Source of the DNA: a virus | Lineage: Duplodnaviria > Caudoviricetes | Length of the DNA stretch: 57,533 nucleotides | IMG/VR virus record: IMGVR_UViG_3300044724_006087 | Span: 1 to 57,533 of that record | Direction: 5' to 3' (one strand) | Notes under the pieces: generated by a model | What the model was told of the DNA's origin: nothing | The model's input: the letters and a program-made list of their open reading frames with translations, nothing else | Databases searched by the model: none | Program-made: the position numbers and the translations under genes | Part shown: positions 56,701 through 57,533 of the stretch, in pieces | Layout of the letters: each line of letters opens with the position of its first letter | How positions within the stretch are numbered: position 1 is the stretch's first letter

Positions 56701-56807
56701 CATTAACATTAGGTGATCAGAATGCTTCTGATTCATATAACAATCAAATATTAGTAGGAATTAAATTAGATGATGGTGACTACTTATCACAGTTGGAGGT
56801 TGAATAA
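53787..56807 (+). CDS. tail fibre/spike protein with PKD-like domains
   Basis: N-terminal 'QIKRS...P..L..GELAY', 'DAATKAYVD', and two 'WGDG...HTY' PKD-like modules. Confidence 0.8.
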   Translation: MSNTVVQIKRSNTTATPANLVYGELAYSLVSNNLFIGTDANTVIKIGGGSDVALLNVTPGILTNSAALVVNSTGGVDTLTVGTFTVDSQTSENLDVTQNVTANIFTSNTITSGNGNFTDVNVSNTLTVNGDIVLRGDNISLGDGGDVISLGASVNNNIVPTTDDTFTLGTSSQNYKTVFANQVTLGSAPSNDTDAATKAYVDNVSASLIGNAISIGVPTDGIFANGQGSGNIEGAVTSLSNTTSVADAIDSMNEVMFNIHQQTYVRDVVVTCTSGNTGGAPLTATLTINVVGNANAFDINWGDGSYTNNTSDSTPSHTYTDNTNSPFDITVTAKNTGALGEGNSASQSVTDLITLYTADPNADFDIYNVSSGGSEITEANTNEIIYLDNETTNANDVTATFFIRWGDGSNDSVANTSVAGGTQGDRISHTYTSGTGTGSNTIQLSINTHSTADPSALPDTASKTIKIFDTSIAAPEGLSGKSFSLTSSSVGSSPKLAQGHIDHSSESTLGEGDSVTRYTTTGAIETSGEANSQVVYNAGAGALSAIVDGAVDGTINFTSGDDTGSNASVVVVDELDFYNFDNLGRSISSANRRYAPGLYSGFRARISKSSVATGLHTYKLSHSTAGNTSVLQFVKDNLTGTPVVNLSGTTVTQNSAGTLAYVSGIPYYTNDATINVVGALVSNVAGQTYKDDSTPFNFYSGTNVEGDSGSAFSTQTKDYTILPPGSLSSGKPKANTGVGANVTIDTFQLSVNGGGRRVEGFAMNMENVNGAGANVQYANTKIAVYNGTSSGVNESSIPVSDSLGAGFDTDGLRIVTGWSGSTPTFNSGQDYYASNNWSGAVTIAGTDEAVVRYGNLQHYDTDLSSGYLPVGPDLNTGRSGSQYFRFAFKRTTMSNFTVKLTGKVSGFFIAAPNTDIDDTSDSNGWLNASATYAGAGTPGANTTAGGNGSDGCAFTSGDRIIDGTTYSNQGFTLTLGDQNASDSYNNQILVGIKLDDGDYLSQLEVE

Positions 56808-57533
56808 TGGCAATATCAGATAGCCAAAAGGTAGACCTGCTATGGAAAAAAGTTGGATTTAGTAAAGCTAAATCAGATACCAATGCAAATAAAAAAGCAC
56901 CTAACGAAGCAATAGTATCAGACTTAATTATTAAACCAGCAGAGGTATGGTCTGATGTAGGAAGTATTCCTTCAACAATTCCAGCAGCAAATACAACTGT
57001 ACTTAGAATATATACAGAACTAGAAACAACAGAAGACGGAACAGCAACAAATAACAGAACATGGAAAACAGGAACAACTAACTGGGTACCACCAAAGTTT
57101 GGTTCTACATATCAATTAAAAGTATATGTAGATTCAGCTGGATCAGGTAATCCAGCATCTAATGGTACGCAGTTATTTGAAACAGGTTCAGGTAACAATG
57201 ATGAATGGTACTTTGATTATCAATCAGGTATATTAAACTTCATTGGATCCAACTTACCTTCAGAGGTATCTGATGGTAACAGTATCTTTGTATCAGGTGC
57301 AAGGTATCAAGGTAATACTTTTGCAACAGGTATCAAAGATGTAACATTATATAATGCAACGATTGATAGTTTAGCATCACCATTGAAGACAAGTGATGGT
57401 GGTACTGGATTAAACACATTTACAAATAAAGGAGTATTCTATGCAAGCAATACTTCTACAATGGCACAAGTGACAGGTTCAAATGGACAAGTCTTACAGA
57501 TAACTTCAGGCGAGCCAAACTTTGATGATTTAG
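56807..57533 (+). CDS. virion structural protein, N-terminal part (runs off the window)
   Basis: Not in the ORF track. ATG overlaps the preceding stop; MAISDSQKVDLLWKKVGFSKAKSD...NWVPPKFGSTY...EWYFDYQSGILNF; open to the end of the window. Confidence 0.8.
   Translation, partial: MAISDSQKVDLLWKKVGFSKAKSDTNANKKAPNEAIVSDLIIKPAEVWSDVGSIPSTIPAANTTVLRIYTELETTEDGTATNNRTWKTGTTNWVPPKFGSTYQLKVYVDSAGSGNPASNGTQLFETGSGNNDEWYFDYQSGILNFIGSNLPSEVSDGNSIFVSGARYQGNTFATGIKDVTLYNATIDSLASPLKTSDGGTGLNTFTNKGVFYASNTSTMAQVTGSNGQVLQITSGEPNFDDL

Overview
An AT-rich segment of a T4-like myovirus genome, probably a marine or aquatic phage; that habitat and its host are inferred. Left part (1-9.8 kb): RNase H (partial), accessory genes (four glycosyltransferase-like genes, YkgJ-type Cys protein, DUF932, two oxygenase/cupin genes, a candidate structured ncRNA), then gp33, gp59, gp32 and a QueC-like gene. 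Middle part (9.8-35 kb): the baseplate/tail module (tape-measure-like, gp51, gp26, gp54/19-like, gp2, gp4, gp48, gp53, gp27-like, lysozyme-less gp5, gp25, gp6, gp7, gp8, VrlC-like). Right part (35-57.5 kb): fibre and adhesin genes. The standout is a pair of adjacent genes (39244-42810 and 42816-50753) built from [Y/F/W]-x-x-x tetrapeptides. In the 2645-aa protein the two ~1137-aa repeat arms mirror each other unit by unit around a ~100-aa Pro/Gly tip. The pairing follows a consistent code (YTKT opposite xEGx, xxTN opposite xxTN, Gly opposite Lys/Arg), and internal duplications have matching lengths in both arms. This suggests a self-complementary giant antiparallel beta-hairpin fibre, possibly hundreds of nm long, inserted into one loop of a small anchor domain. 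It is followed by a separately promoted cassette (possible chaperone, glycosyltransferase, cupin oxygenase) that may modify it. All family assignments come from motif and synteny recognition, not database searches.
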